From a virus (lineage: Duplodnaviria; Caudoviricetes), in the IMG/VR virus record IMGVR_UViG_3300047090_000179, positions 1-30,303 of that record: a stretch of DNA of 30,303 bases; one strand, 5' to 3'. Numbering within the stretch: the first letter of the stretch is position 1; each line of letters starts with the position of its first letter. The translations under genes and the position numbers were made by a program. A model generated the notes under the pieces. It worked only from the letters and a program-made list of their open reading frames with translations, searched no databases and was not told the origin of the DNA. This document shows, piece after piece, positions 15,559 through 24,217 of the stretch.

Positions 15559-17984
15559 TCTCCGGCCGTGGTCGTTCTTCCGCTCCTGCTATCTTCATTG
15601 CTGATGGTGCGACGGACTACGATGTTTCGTGTGGCTACGCTTTGAGCGGGGACCAGGAAAACAAGTTACGTTCCCTCTGTAAAGGCACACATTTGAAGTT
15701 TGATGAACTTTATGTGACAGCTTTAATAAAAGAGAAGATCAATCTTAAAAAACCTAAGGAGAATCTCCCCCTTTTAAGTGATTCCTACAAAGAGATTCTC
15801 CTTCAGGAGATAAGGACGATACAACCCAATGTCTTGGTACCACTCTCTGAGTTATCGTTTAACTTTCTTACTGATTTGCACGATATTAGGAAATTCCGGG
15901 GTAGTATTTTACCGGCTAATACAAATGTACAAGGTAGTTTTCAACATACTCTTCGGGTCATACCGGCTCTCGGCCCCAATCCGTACTTGTATGAAGATCC
16001 GAAGATGGAGTTTATAACTCTCAATGACTTCTCGAAGATCGCCTCCAACTTAGACAGGCAAGATCCAATACCGGAGATTGGAAAATGTTGGGTAGCAAAA
16101 ACTGCCAGCGAGTTCAGACTCTTTGTAGAAAGATCCTACACGAATGCCACTTTCGTTGTATTTGATATCGAAACTTACGCAAATATTCCCACATGTATTT
16201 CGTTTTGCTTCGATGGTTACGAGTCTTGTTGTGTGCCGATACTCGATTATAAGATACCCGAAGATGATCGTGTTCTCATGTTATATCAAGTGGCTAAACT
16301 TCTTAGTTCGTCGCTACCGAAAGTCAATCAAAACGTAAAATTCGACTGGCGTAAACTCCGCCGGTTTGGCTTTGAAGTTAACAACGTCTCTGGTGACACA
16401 CTTCTAGGAGCTTCGTGCCTTTATGCTGAATTTCCAAAAAATCTGGGATTTCTTACTTCCATATATACTGACATGCCTTACTTCAAGGATGAAGGCAAAG
16501 AATTTGACCCTAGAAGCTATAGCCGTGAAAGATTGTACCTTTATAATGCTAAGGACAGCCTCGCTACCCATCAAGTTTACAGTAAGCAACTTGAAGAACA
16601 CAGAGAACAAGGAACGGAATATGTGTATAATAACCTCATCAGCATTCTCCCAATCTACGCAGCAATGGAAGATAACGGAATCCTTGTTGACGATACCAGG
16701 AGAAAAGATTTACTCGCAAAGTACGAAAGCCTCTACGAAACCTACGTCTACAAGCTCAGACAACTCGTAGGTGAGGAAATCTCTCCTCTCAGCTCTCAGC
16801 GTGTGGGCAAGCTGGTTTACGACGAACTTAAATTTGATGTAATAAAGGGGATAAAGAAAAATGTCTCAGGCACCTATAAGGCCGACGAGGAGTCTCTCGA
16901 ACTTCTCATGTGGATGTCCCGCTGCCAAAGCCCAAGAGAAGGAAAAGAAATCCTCCGAACGATTATTGATTGCCGAAAATTACATAAGGTTATTGAATAC
17001 CTGCGACTTCCACTCTATCCAGATAAGCGCCACAGATGTGAGTTTAACCTTGCAGGCGCTGAAACAGGAAGGACAACGGCTGGAGAAACTACTGATTACT
17101 ACTTGTCTTTTGAAAAAGGCAAAGTAAAGCTCAAAAACATGGGTCACAGCTTCCAAACAATTGGAAAGCACGGTTTTACAGTTGACATGGAGACTTATGG
17201 CAAAGACATACGGTCCATTTTCGTCCCAACACCAGGTTACACGTTTGTTGAAATGGATCTTTCGCAAGCGGAAGCAAGAGTTGATGCCGTTCTTGCACGT
17301 GACTATGATATTCTTCAGGTGTTCGATTCGCCTATCGGTATTCATAGACTTACTGGGTCGTGGGTTTATAGTTGTAAGCCTGAGGAAATAGAGAAGAACA
17401 AACTTGTGCTGAATGAGCAGGGAGTGGGGGAAGAGCGGTATCTAATCGCTAAAACTGCACGTCACGCTTTTGAACGGAACATTCAAGCATTAAAGCTAAT
17501 GTTGATGATTCACAAACCTCTAAAAGAGTGTGAACGTATATTAAAAGTATGTCATGGGCGGCAACCAAACATACGAGCGGAGTTTCACCGTGACGTAGTA
17601 AAAGAAATTGACACAAAACGTCTTCTTGTTGCTCCAAATGGACGACGCCGAGACTTCTTCGGAAGACTCAACGAAGGCACCTACAATGAAGGTATTAGTT
17701 TTTTACCACAAGCGGTGGTAACAGATATCATTAAAGAGGCATTGCCAGCTATATATAGCGCGACAAGCGGGTACACAAGATTTTTAAGTGAGTCTCACGA
17801 TTCCCTCTTTACAGAGGTAAGAGAAGGAAGGGAGATGGAATATGTACAGATAAGCAAGCGTTTGCTTGAACACCCTGTAGACTTTAGGAAATGTTCGCTT
17901 AGTCGTGATTTCGAGCTAACTATTCCTTGTGAAGCATCTTGGTCAAAAACTAATTGGATGGAGATTGAGGATTTGAAGATATGA
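15555..17984 (+). CDS. polA: Family A DNA polymerase with N-terminal UDG-like and 3'-5' exonuclease domains
   Basis: Exo I FDIET, Exo II NQNVKFD, Exo III YNAKD; ETGR; motif A DLSQAEAR; GRRR; PQ; motif C HDS; N-terminal about 165 aa follow the family 4 UDG layout. Confidence 0.95.
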   Translation: MISGRGRSSAPAIFIADGATDYDVSCGYALSGDQENKLRSLCKGTHLKFDELYVTALIKEKINLKKPKENLPLLSDSYKEILLQEIRTIQPNVLVPLSELSFNFLTDLHDIRKFRGSILPANTNVQGSFQHTLRVIPALGPNPYLYEDPKMEFITLNDFSKIASNLDRQDPIPEIGKCWVAKTASEFRLFVERSYTNATFVVFDIETYANIPTCISFCFDGYESCCVPILDYKIPEDDRVLMLYQVAKLLSSSLPKVNQNVKFDWRKLRRFGFEVNNVSGDTLLGASCLYAEFPKNLGFLTSIYTDMPYFKDEGKEFDPRSYSRERLYLYNAKDSLATHQVYSKQLEEHREQGTEYVYNNLISILPIYAAMEDNGILVDDTRRKDLLAKYESLYETYVYKLRQLVGEEISPLSSQRVGKLVYDELKFDVIKGIKKNVSGTYKADEESLELLMWMSRCQSPREGKEILRTIIDCRKLHKVIEYLRLPLYPDKRHRCEFNLAGAETGRTTAGETTDYYLSFEKGKVKLKNMGHSFQTIGKHGFTVDMETYGKDIRSIFVPTPGYTFVEMDLSQAEARVDAVLARDYDILQVFDSPIGIHRLTGSWVYSCKPEEIEKNKLVLNEQGVGEERYLIAKTARHAFERNIQALKLMLMIHKPLKECERILKVCHGRQPNIRAEFHRDVVKEIDTKRLLVAPNGRRRDFFGRLNEGTYNEGISFLPQAVVTDIIKEALPAIYSATSGYTRFLSESHDSLFTEVREGREMEYVQISKRLLEHPVDFRKCSLSRDFELTIPCEASWSKTNWMEIEDLKI

Positions 17985-18502
17985 AAAGAGAAGAACAGAT
18001 GAAGCAAATTAGAGAAACAATAGAGATGGTTAAGATAGAAAACGATAAATTGAGAGTTGAAAACAAACAATTACGAGTTAAACTTAGCTCACTAAAATTT
18101 AACCCTGGTATAGAGCCAAAAGTACCTTCCTACTTTCACAGCGCTATAGACGAATTTTCAGATTATCCTAAAGAAGCTCGCGGGGATACAGTAAAGGTAC
18201 CCTCCGCAGTGGCCACCCGACTTCCCGTGGCCACCCGCTACGATATTTTGGACCCCCAGTTTTGGTATTCCATGGCTTTGTTAGCGGGGGTGGGAGCTAA
18301 AAAGTATGGCGATTTCAATTGGCACAAGTCTCGATTGGTAGGGGAAAAGTCGCCAGTGAATCACGCTTTTCAGCACTTAGTGGATTACCAAGACGGGAAC
18401 TCCTACGACCACACGGAGTTAGGGGGACATAAGAAATTTCACTTGATCGCCTGTGCTTTCAATTGTATGATGGAATTCTTTTACGAGAATAAGAATACCT
18501 AA
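17981..18502 (+). CDS. dATP/dGTP diphosphohydrolase-like (DUF5664) protein with N-terminal coiled coil
   Basis: RYDIL...GAKKYGDFNW...HAFQHL...HLIACAFNCMM. Confidence 0.85.
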   Translation: MKREEQMKQIRETIEMVKIENDKLRVENKQLRVKLSSLKFNPGIEPKVPSYFHSAIDEFSDYPKEARGDTVKVPSAVATRLPVATRYDILDPQFWYSMALLAGVGAKKYGDFNWHKSRLVGEKSPVNHAFQHLVDYQDGNSYDHTELGGHKKFHLIACAFNCMMEFFYENKNT

Positions 18503-18522
18503 AGTCAGTGTAAAGGCGGCCT

Positions 18523-19710
18523 GTGACGTTTGTGGACTCGTTTCTTGCACACACGAAAGACCGAGAGTCTCCAACTAGCTTCTGGCGGTGGTCTGCCTAT
18601 ACAGCTATAGCGGCGGTAATGAGAGATAATTGTTATCGTCGCTTTGGAGACTCGCGAGTCTATCCTAATATATACACACTCATTCTTGCGGATTCTGCGA
18701 TTCAAAGGAAAGGAGATCCAGTAAAGTTATGTGAGAGAATGGTGAAAGTTGTCAACAACACAAAGCTCATCAGCGGAAGATCCTCAATTCAAGGCATACT
18801 CGATGAATTATCACGAACAGAGACAGACAAAAAGACGGGAACTCCTAAGACTGGCGGCTCTGCCATTTTCGTAGCAACAGAGCTTTCCGCTGGCATAGTA
18901 GGAGATCCAGAGGCAATCAAAATCTTGACTGACATATATGACTACAAAGATGAATATACCTCCCGACTACGCGGCATGGGCACTTTTAGCATTAAGCATA
19001 TTTGTTTTTCTATGCTCGCTGCTAGTAATGAAGAACTTCTACGAGATGTGTATGACGTTAAAGCCCTTTTTGGGGGTTTGCTTGGTAGGACTTTTCTCAT
19101 ACGTCCTAGCGAATTCCGTCCTGGGAATAGTCTTTTCGATATGGAAAATACTGACGAACCGCTCAAAGACCTCGCGGGGAAATTATTAGATATTGCCAAT
19201 CTGCACGGCGAATTTGTCATAGACAATGCAGCAAGAACAGAGTACGACACTTGGTATTTACCTTTTCGTAAGTCTTATCAAAACAAACCCGACAAGAGCG
19301 GAGTGATCGGGCGTATTCATGTAGGGGTCATAAAATTGGCAATGATCTTATGTGTAGATCAGACAAACGCATTGGTAGTGAGAAAGGAGCATATAGTGGA
19401 AGCAATTTCGCATTGCATGGCTTTGCTTCCGAACTATAGTAGTTTTATTATGGTAAGTGGAAAGAGCACCGTGTCTGAAGTCGCAGCACAATTGATCGAA
19501 GACATTTGGAATGGCAAAGGACGCACGATAAGCAAAAGCGACTTTTTGGCAAGACACTTTTATCAATTTGACCTAGAGATTGTGGACAAGTGTGTGATTA
19601 CGCTTGAACAGGCGGGTCTGTTGAAGACCACAATGGCAGGGGGAACGGAACTTGGCTATCAAGTGACGGAGAAGTGTAAGGATGTTTTTAAATTGAAGGA
19701 GGAGAAGTGA
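18523..19710 (+). CDS. DUF3987-like AAA+ helicase with C-terminal winged helix
   Basis: ESPTSFWRWSA, YPNIYTLIL, Walker A-like ADSAIQRKG, TELS, LTDIYD, GGLLGR, HVGVIKLAMIL. Confidence 0.8.
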   Translation: MTFVDSFLAHTKDRESPTSFWRWSAYTAIAAVMRDNCYRRFGDSRVYPNIYTLILADSAIQRKGDPVKLCERMVKVVNNTKLISGRSSIQGILDELSRTETDKKTGTPKTGGSAIFVATELSAGIVGDPEAIKILTDIYDYKDEYTSRLRGMGTFSIKHICFSMLAASNEELLRDVYDVKALFGGLLGRTFLIRPSEFRPGNSLFDMENTDEPLKDLAGKLLDIANLHGEFVIDNAARTEYDTWYLPFRKSYQNKPDKSGVIGRIHVGVIKLAMILCVDQTNALVVRKEHIVEAISHCMALLPNYSSFIMVSGKSTVSEVAAQLIEDIWNGKGRTISKSDFLARHFYQFDLEIVDKCVITLEQAGLLKTTMAGGTELGYQVTEKCKDVFKLKEEK

Positions 19711-19991
19711 GTGTTTATGTAGATCCTCTAGTTATTTGGGGCGGAGACGATGCTCCAAGATGCTTTAGAAATAAACCATCCTGTCATATGTATGCAGATA
19801 CGCTAGAAGAATTACATGATATGGCAATGAAAATAGGAATGCAATTATCATGGTTTCAAGATCGTAGACACTTACCTCATTATGATTTAGTTCCTACCAA
19901 ACGAATTAAAGCAATTAAACTAGGAGCAAAAGAAACAGATCGTCAGCATCTTTATGAATATATGAAAAGGAGTAGAGAAAATGGCAACTAA
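19707..19991 (+). CDS. DUF4031 family protein
   Basis: MSVYVD...CHMYADTLEELH...IG...WFQ...PHYDL...RIKAIKLGA. Confidence 0.9.
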   Translation: MSVYVDPLVIWGGDDAPRCFRNKPSCHMYADTLEELHDMAMKIGMQLSWFQDRRHLPHYDLVPTKRIKAIKLGAKETDRQHLYEYMKRSRENGN

Positions 19992-20271
19992 AGAACAACA
20001 AATAGCAAAATTACCAGTTCCTGTCTACCACGAGCGAGAACTAGCAACAGGCTGGTGGCGAACTCGCAGCGGCAGTTACGTGCGTATTCTACATAACCAG
20101 TACTTCGATAAACCGCCTGTATGTGGATTTATCTACCAAGAAGATGGAACACCTCTGATGGCGGCAGGGTGGAAACAAAACGGGGACAGCTATGTGGATA
20201 GGAAGTTTGATCTTATGAATAGAAAGATGGGTGACAAACCCCAAGGGTGGCCAGAGTGGACGAAGGAATAA
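19981..20271 (+). CDS. Hypothetical protein, 96 aa
   Basis: AGGAG RBS; WRTRSG...W...G...FDL pattern. Confidence 0.75.
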   Translation: MATKEQQIAKLPVPVYHERELATGWWRTRSGSYVRILHNQYFDKPPVCGFIYQEDGTPLMAAGWKQNGDSYVDRKFDLMNRKMGDKPQGWPEWTKE

Positions 20272-20453
20272 AAGTAGATATACAACCTTTGTTAAGAATA
20301 GCTTTAGAGGAATCTGTAAAGCTACAATCTCATTATGCCCAAATGTTGAACGTATATGATGGAGGAGATCGAATGACCTTTAGAGACGGAGATGCTTGGA
20401 TTACAAGGTTAATAGCTATTGGGAAGATTCCGACACAACTTCTCCACCCCTAA
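20247..20453 (+). CDS. Hypothetical protein
   Basis: ALEESVKLQSHYAQMLNVYDGGDRMTF; start uncertain. Confidence 0.6.
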   Translation: MARVDEGIKVDIQPLLRIALEESVKLQSHYAQMLNVYDGGDRMTFRDGDAWITRLIAIGKIPTQLLHP

Positions 20454-21765
20454 CCGCATTAGCAAGCGCCTTTGCTATAAAAGGAGCTTCTGGTGAACTT
20501 GTGCTTGTACGCATAGCTTTGACTACAAGAGCGGCGGTTTCAGGGTTACTCATAATCTTTCCAAGCGCAGAGTTAGTTAAAATCGAACCTGTTGCCAGAG
20601 CACCCATGCCACCAATAAGAGAATGGCCGCCCATGCTACTAGCAGCTAAAGGTATGCTCCAAGCAAGATGTCCTTTTGACCAATTAAGCATTCTATCACT
20701 TATTCCGTGCCCAGCTTTCTGAGCCTCTATTTCGCTCATAAGTTCTTGAAACTTGCCAAGAGTAGGTGGGGAAATTGCTTCTCTGTAAATTTCGCTTTTA
20801 GGCCCAGTTAGCTTATCAAGTATACCTTTAGTATTAAGAGTGCCTTCACTACTTTTAAAGCCATCTGTCACAAGATCATTAAGAGCTAACTGTTCAATTG
20901 TCTTTGGTTCTCCAGTAGCAAGTTTAAAATTACGCACATGGGTAAGATCCGACAGTGCTTCTCCTGCTATTGACTTATAGGTTTGCCGCCCGGATACATC
21001 TTCTCCCCTTTCAAACTGTTTCTGTAATCGTAAGAGTTTTGATCCTACAGCATTTCTACCAAATACATCTTTCTGAGCTTGTTCTGCGGCTGCCATTTCT
21101 GGCGACGAAGAACTTGGATGTATAGCGTATTCATCAGACGCCATGTGTGTAGCTTTAGCCTGATTAAACTGATCTATAAGGTCTTTATTAGTCCCTGAGG
21201 CATTTTCCGCCGCACTTTCGAGAATCCCACTTTCTGGAAACTGGTACTTTCCAAGAGCTTCGTCTGTCATATTCTTAGCGGCTCCAGAACGCACAGCGGG
21301 GAAATTCTTTAAGAGTTTTGATGATGCAACTGCTGCTGGAAGCCCTTTTTGTATGAGAGCGGCAACACCTTTTTGTACCGCCCCCGGAATTAGGTTCTGC
21401 CCAATTACGTCTTTACCCATTTCTAGGGCGGTGTCACCAGCGTCTTCTGGACCTTTACCGAAAGTGTCGGGAGCAAAATGCTGTATAAGAGTTTTTAGAG
21501 CACTTCCCGTAAGTGTACCGGGAACTCCCGCTGCCATTGCACCCGCCATAGGTAAAGAGTTTACTCCCAGTTTACCAAAAAAGCTCGGTGCATCTGCCAC
21601 TGCTTCTCCGGTTCCTTGTGCTACCAGCTTTCTTGTATCTTTATCTTTTGGAGAAACTGGTACATAGCCGGGCGGAAGTTTCAACACACTTCCAACAGTG
21701 GGCGTTTCTCCAGGATCGTGTAAGACGTAACCCGGCGGCAATTTTATTTGATCTTCATCTGCCAT
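20416..21765 (-). CDS. Putative DNA ejection/internal virion protein (449 aa)
   Basis: Start revised to ATG 21765 (TAATG overlap); KLPPGYV twice at the N-terminus; Gly/Ala-rich hydrophobic helices; last gene of the virion operon. Confidence 0.7.
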   Translation of the reverse strand: MADEDQIKLPPGYVLHDPGETPTVGSVLKLPPGYVPVSPKDKDTRKLVAQGTGEAVADAPSFFGKLGVNSLPMAGAMAAGVPGTLTGSALKTLIQHFAPDTFGKGPEDAGDTALEMGKDVIGQNLIPGAVQKGVAALIQKGLPAAVASSKLLKNFPAVRSGAAKNMTDEALGKYQFPESGILESAAENASGTNKDLIDQFNQAKATHMASDEYAIHPSSSSPEMAAAEQAQKDVFGRNAVGSKLLRLQKQFERGEDVSGRQTYKSIAGEALSDLTHVRNFKLATGEPKTIEQLALNDLVTDGFKSSEGTLNTKGILDKLTGPKSEIYREAISPPTLGKFQELMSEIEAQKAGHGISDRMLNWSKGHLAWSIPLAASSMGGHSLIGGMGALATGSILTNSALGKIMSNPETAALVVKAMRTSTSSPEAPFIAKALANAVRGGEVVSESSQ

Positions 21766-23174
21766 TACTGTTGTACCAAAGGTTGCCCAGTTGTAGCATC
21801 TACCCAATTTTGGCCATCATTAGAACCAATAGTATGCCCGTTAGGACCCACAGCTACATGTTTGTAGGAAGGCGGGGATGCATCTTTAAACCCGTAAGTC
21901 TTCTTAATGATATCTTTCTGAAAGGCTGGCATCCCTCCGAGTAGCACATCGTTAGCTCTTGTCGTATACACATTACGAAGATTCTGCACATCACTTAAGA
22001 CTTGCTGTTTCGTCTTTCCAAGAGAAGCCATGCCATTAAGCATAAGCTCGATTTGCATAACAGGAATGCGACCACCTGTTGCACCTTCTAGGGATCTTCC
22101 TAAGTTTAGGGCCTGTGTTTTTATTTGGTCATATTGGTCTTTTACGTCAGAAGGAAATGGAGTACCAGAAATTATCTTCTGTCCCATTCCTTTTAACTTA
22201 GCTATGGTACTTCCGCTCGCATTCTCATCAGGCAGGTACTTTTTAGCAAAAGCCTCAATTTTGTCAAATACTGGCGGAAGCTGACCCATAGCACGTAAAG
22301 CATCCGCATCCTTGGGTTGTAGTAGTCGGCCACCAGAGGAAATAATACTATCAGCGGCGGCACGTTCAGCAGGATTAGCCATGTTAAGATTAGACTGACC
22401 GGTCATTCCTGCGATTTGCATACCTTTTAAAGTATCGGCATCCGGCATATAATGCATACCACCAATTTTAAGTTGAGTATTGTTGGTGTTTGCATTCATT
22501 TGAAGTTGGGTAGAGCGCTCCAACTTAGCCATGAATTCTTTAGATGCAATTTCTTTATTGGCTAGCCCTTCTTTAAACTGATTTTCTAAATTCTGTAAGT
22601 GTTCTTTACCTAAATTAGTTCTTTCATTTTCAGTTATTTTAAAAGGTTCCGCCGCTGTTAACTGTGCCCCAGTTGTCTTGGCAATGGCATTTGCGTGTAT
22701 TTGTGCAAGTTGCTCTGGGTTAGGAAGCGCCCCTGCGGGTATTCTCATCCCCCCCGGAAGATCAAGCATACCTTCTGGGGTGCCCCCTACAGAAGTACCT
22801 CCACCTATAGATCCGGGAACCCTAGGAATTGTGTCCCCAGGTTGTTTATAAACAGAAGGAGAACCGCCAGCACCAGTAAATTCAGCTGCATTTTTAAGCT
22901 GTTCACTTTGCATAGTAGCAAGTGAATGTTGAGCCATTGCAGTCTTTAATGCTTGATCTATATCTAATTGCCGAGTTTGATGTTCATGGGTATTGCTTAT
23001 TTCTGTTTCTCTTAGATCCGCAAGATGCTCCTGCAACTTCTGGTGAGCTTTGCTTTCCTCTATTTTAGCCTTAAGCTGCTCACGGTTCTGCGCCTGCCTT
23101 GCAGTCTCTATCATCGCTTGGACGATAGGGTTTATCGTTCTATCAAATCCTGGACCAACAGCGTTGATTGCCAT
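21765..23174 (-). CDS. Putative DNA ejection protein (coiled coil)
   Basis: Q/E/K-rich helices; C-terminal AVGPNGHTIGSNDGQNWVD; position between the pilot-like and last ejection gene. Confidence 0.7.
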   Translation of the reverse strand: MAINAVGPGFDRTINPIVQAMIETARQAQNREQLKAKIEESKAHQKLQEHLADLRETEISNTHEHQTRQLDIDQALKTAMAQHSLATMQSEQLKNAAEFTGAGGSPSVYKQPGDTIPRVPGSIGGGTSVGGTPEGMLDLPGGMRIPAGALPNPEQLAQIHANAIAKTTGAQLTAAEPFKITENERTNLGKEHLQNLENQFKEGLANKEIASKEFMAKLERSTQLQMNANTNNTQLKIGGMHYMPDADTLKGMQIAGMTGQSNLNMANPAERAAADSIISSGGRLLQPKDADALRAMGQLPPVFDKIEAFAKKYLPDENASGSTIAKLKGMGQKIISGTPFPSDVKDQYDQIKTQALNLGRSLEGATGGRIPVMQIELMLNGMASLGKTKQQVLSDVQNLRNVYTTRANDVLLGGMPAFQKDIIKKTYGFKDASPPSYKHVAVGPNGHTIGSNDGQNWVDATTGQPLVQQ

Positions 23175-23947
23175 TACCCACCCCCATAAGGACCATAACT
23201 ACCATCATTACCACCAACGCTGCCAGTGTAAGGAGTTTGATTATTACCACCGCCACCTTTACCAAAGCCTAACATATTAAGAAGATCCTGAAGATTGCTT
23301 CCTGTACCACTGCTGTTTGGACCTAACAATCCAGCACCAACACCAGCAGCGACGCCACCCCAGGGATTACCACTGATGACACCTTTTTGGCTACCACTAC
23401 TTGAACCTGTAGTTGTCACATCTGTAGTGCTTCCCGAAGTGCCACTTCCTGTGCTTGTAACTCCTGTCGGTATAGCAGAGAAAGCTCCCATAAGCTGCTG
23501 TAAAGCTTGTTGCTGAAGTTGTCTCTGTAAGAGAGGAACACCTTGTAAGAAATTTTCCTGCTGTCCTACTCTCCCTATCTCTTGCTGAGACTGAGCGGTT
23601 CCCGCCGCCGGGGAAAAGCTTAAACCTCTACTCGCCAAATTGTTGGAAATCGCTTTTGAAGCCGCGTCACCCCCAGCATTAATATCTTGAAGACCTTTAG
23701 CCTGATAACCAGATAAGTCTGTGGCTTGGTTATACTGATTTTGTGCACCACCAGTAAACTGTGCAATTAAGCGTTGCTGGAGTGGGGACAGATTTGGATT
23801 AACAGTACTTGAAGTATTGTTAAAACCAGTAGTTCCCCCCTTCTGAGTTTGTGTCTGATTACCAGAGAAACTCCCCGTGGTGCTACTTGGCCCTCCGCCA
23901 AAAAGCCCGGCCAAACCTCCGATAATAGGAGCTATGAAAGATGCCAT
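23174..23947 (-). CDS. Putative pilot/ejection protein (P22 gp7-like composition)
   Basis: N-terminal IIGGLAGLFGGG; S/T/Q/G-rich; C-terminal GGVAAGVGAGLLG. Confidence 0.75.
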   Translation of the reverse strand: MASFIAPIIGGLAGLFGGGPSSTTGSFSGNQTQTQKGGTTGFNNTSSTVNPNLSPLQQRLIAQFTGGAQNQYNQATDLSGYQAKGLQDINAGGDAASKAISNNLASRGLSFSPAAGTAQSQQEIGRVGQQENFLQGVPLLQRQLQQQALQQLMGAFSAIPTGVTSTGSGTSGSTTDVTTTGSSSGSQKGVISGNPWGGVAAGVGAGLLGPNSSGTGSNLQDLLNMLGFGKGGGGNNQTPYTGSVGGNDGSYGPYGGG

Positions 23948-24214
23948 TTAAGCCTCGTAGAGATCCCCACCACCGCCGCCAGTTCCGGGTTGAGTTTGTA
24001 TAAGTTCTATAACCATTTGTGTAACACGAAGATGTTGACCAGCAAGCCCCGGCAGTTCGGTAACTTCTATAGCTGCTTGTGTAACGCGTAGAAACTCTGT
24101 TGTGCTTGTGGGTAACTCCGCCGGTTCCAACACAGCTTGCGTAGCGCGTAGCTGTTGGTTAGTTGGAAGCGCCAACACTTCAATTGGATACTGAGAGATT
24201 CTGTCGCCTGCCAT
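23948..24214 (-). CDS. Small virion protein with four internal repeats
   Basis: RISQYPIEV, RATQAVLEP, RVTQAAIEV, RVTQMVIEL. Confidence 0.75.
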   Translation of the reverse strand: MAGDRISQYPIEVLALPTNQQLRATQAVLEPAELPTSTTEFLRVTQAAIEVTELPGLAGQHLRVTQMVIELIQTQPGTGGGGGDLYEA

Positions 24215-24217
24215 ATT

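Noticed and set aside
18209-18237. Direct repeat GTGGCCACCCG twice
   Set aside because: In-frame 18-bp-period micro-duplication (VATRLPVATR) with no evidence of function
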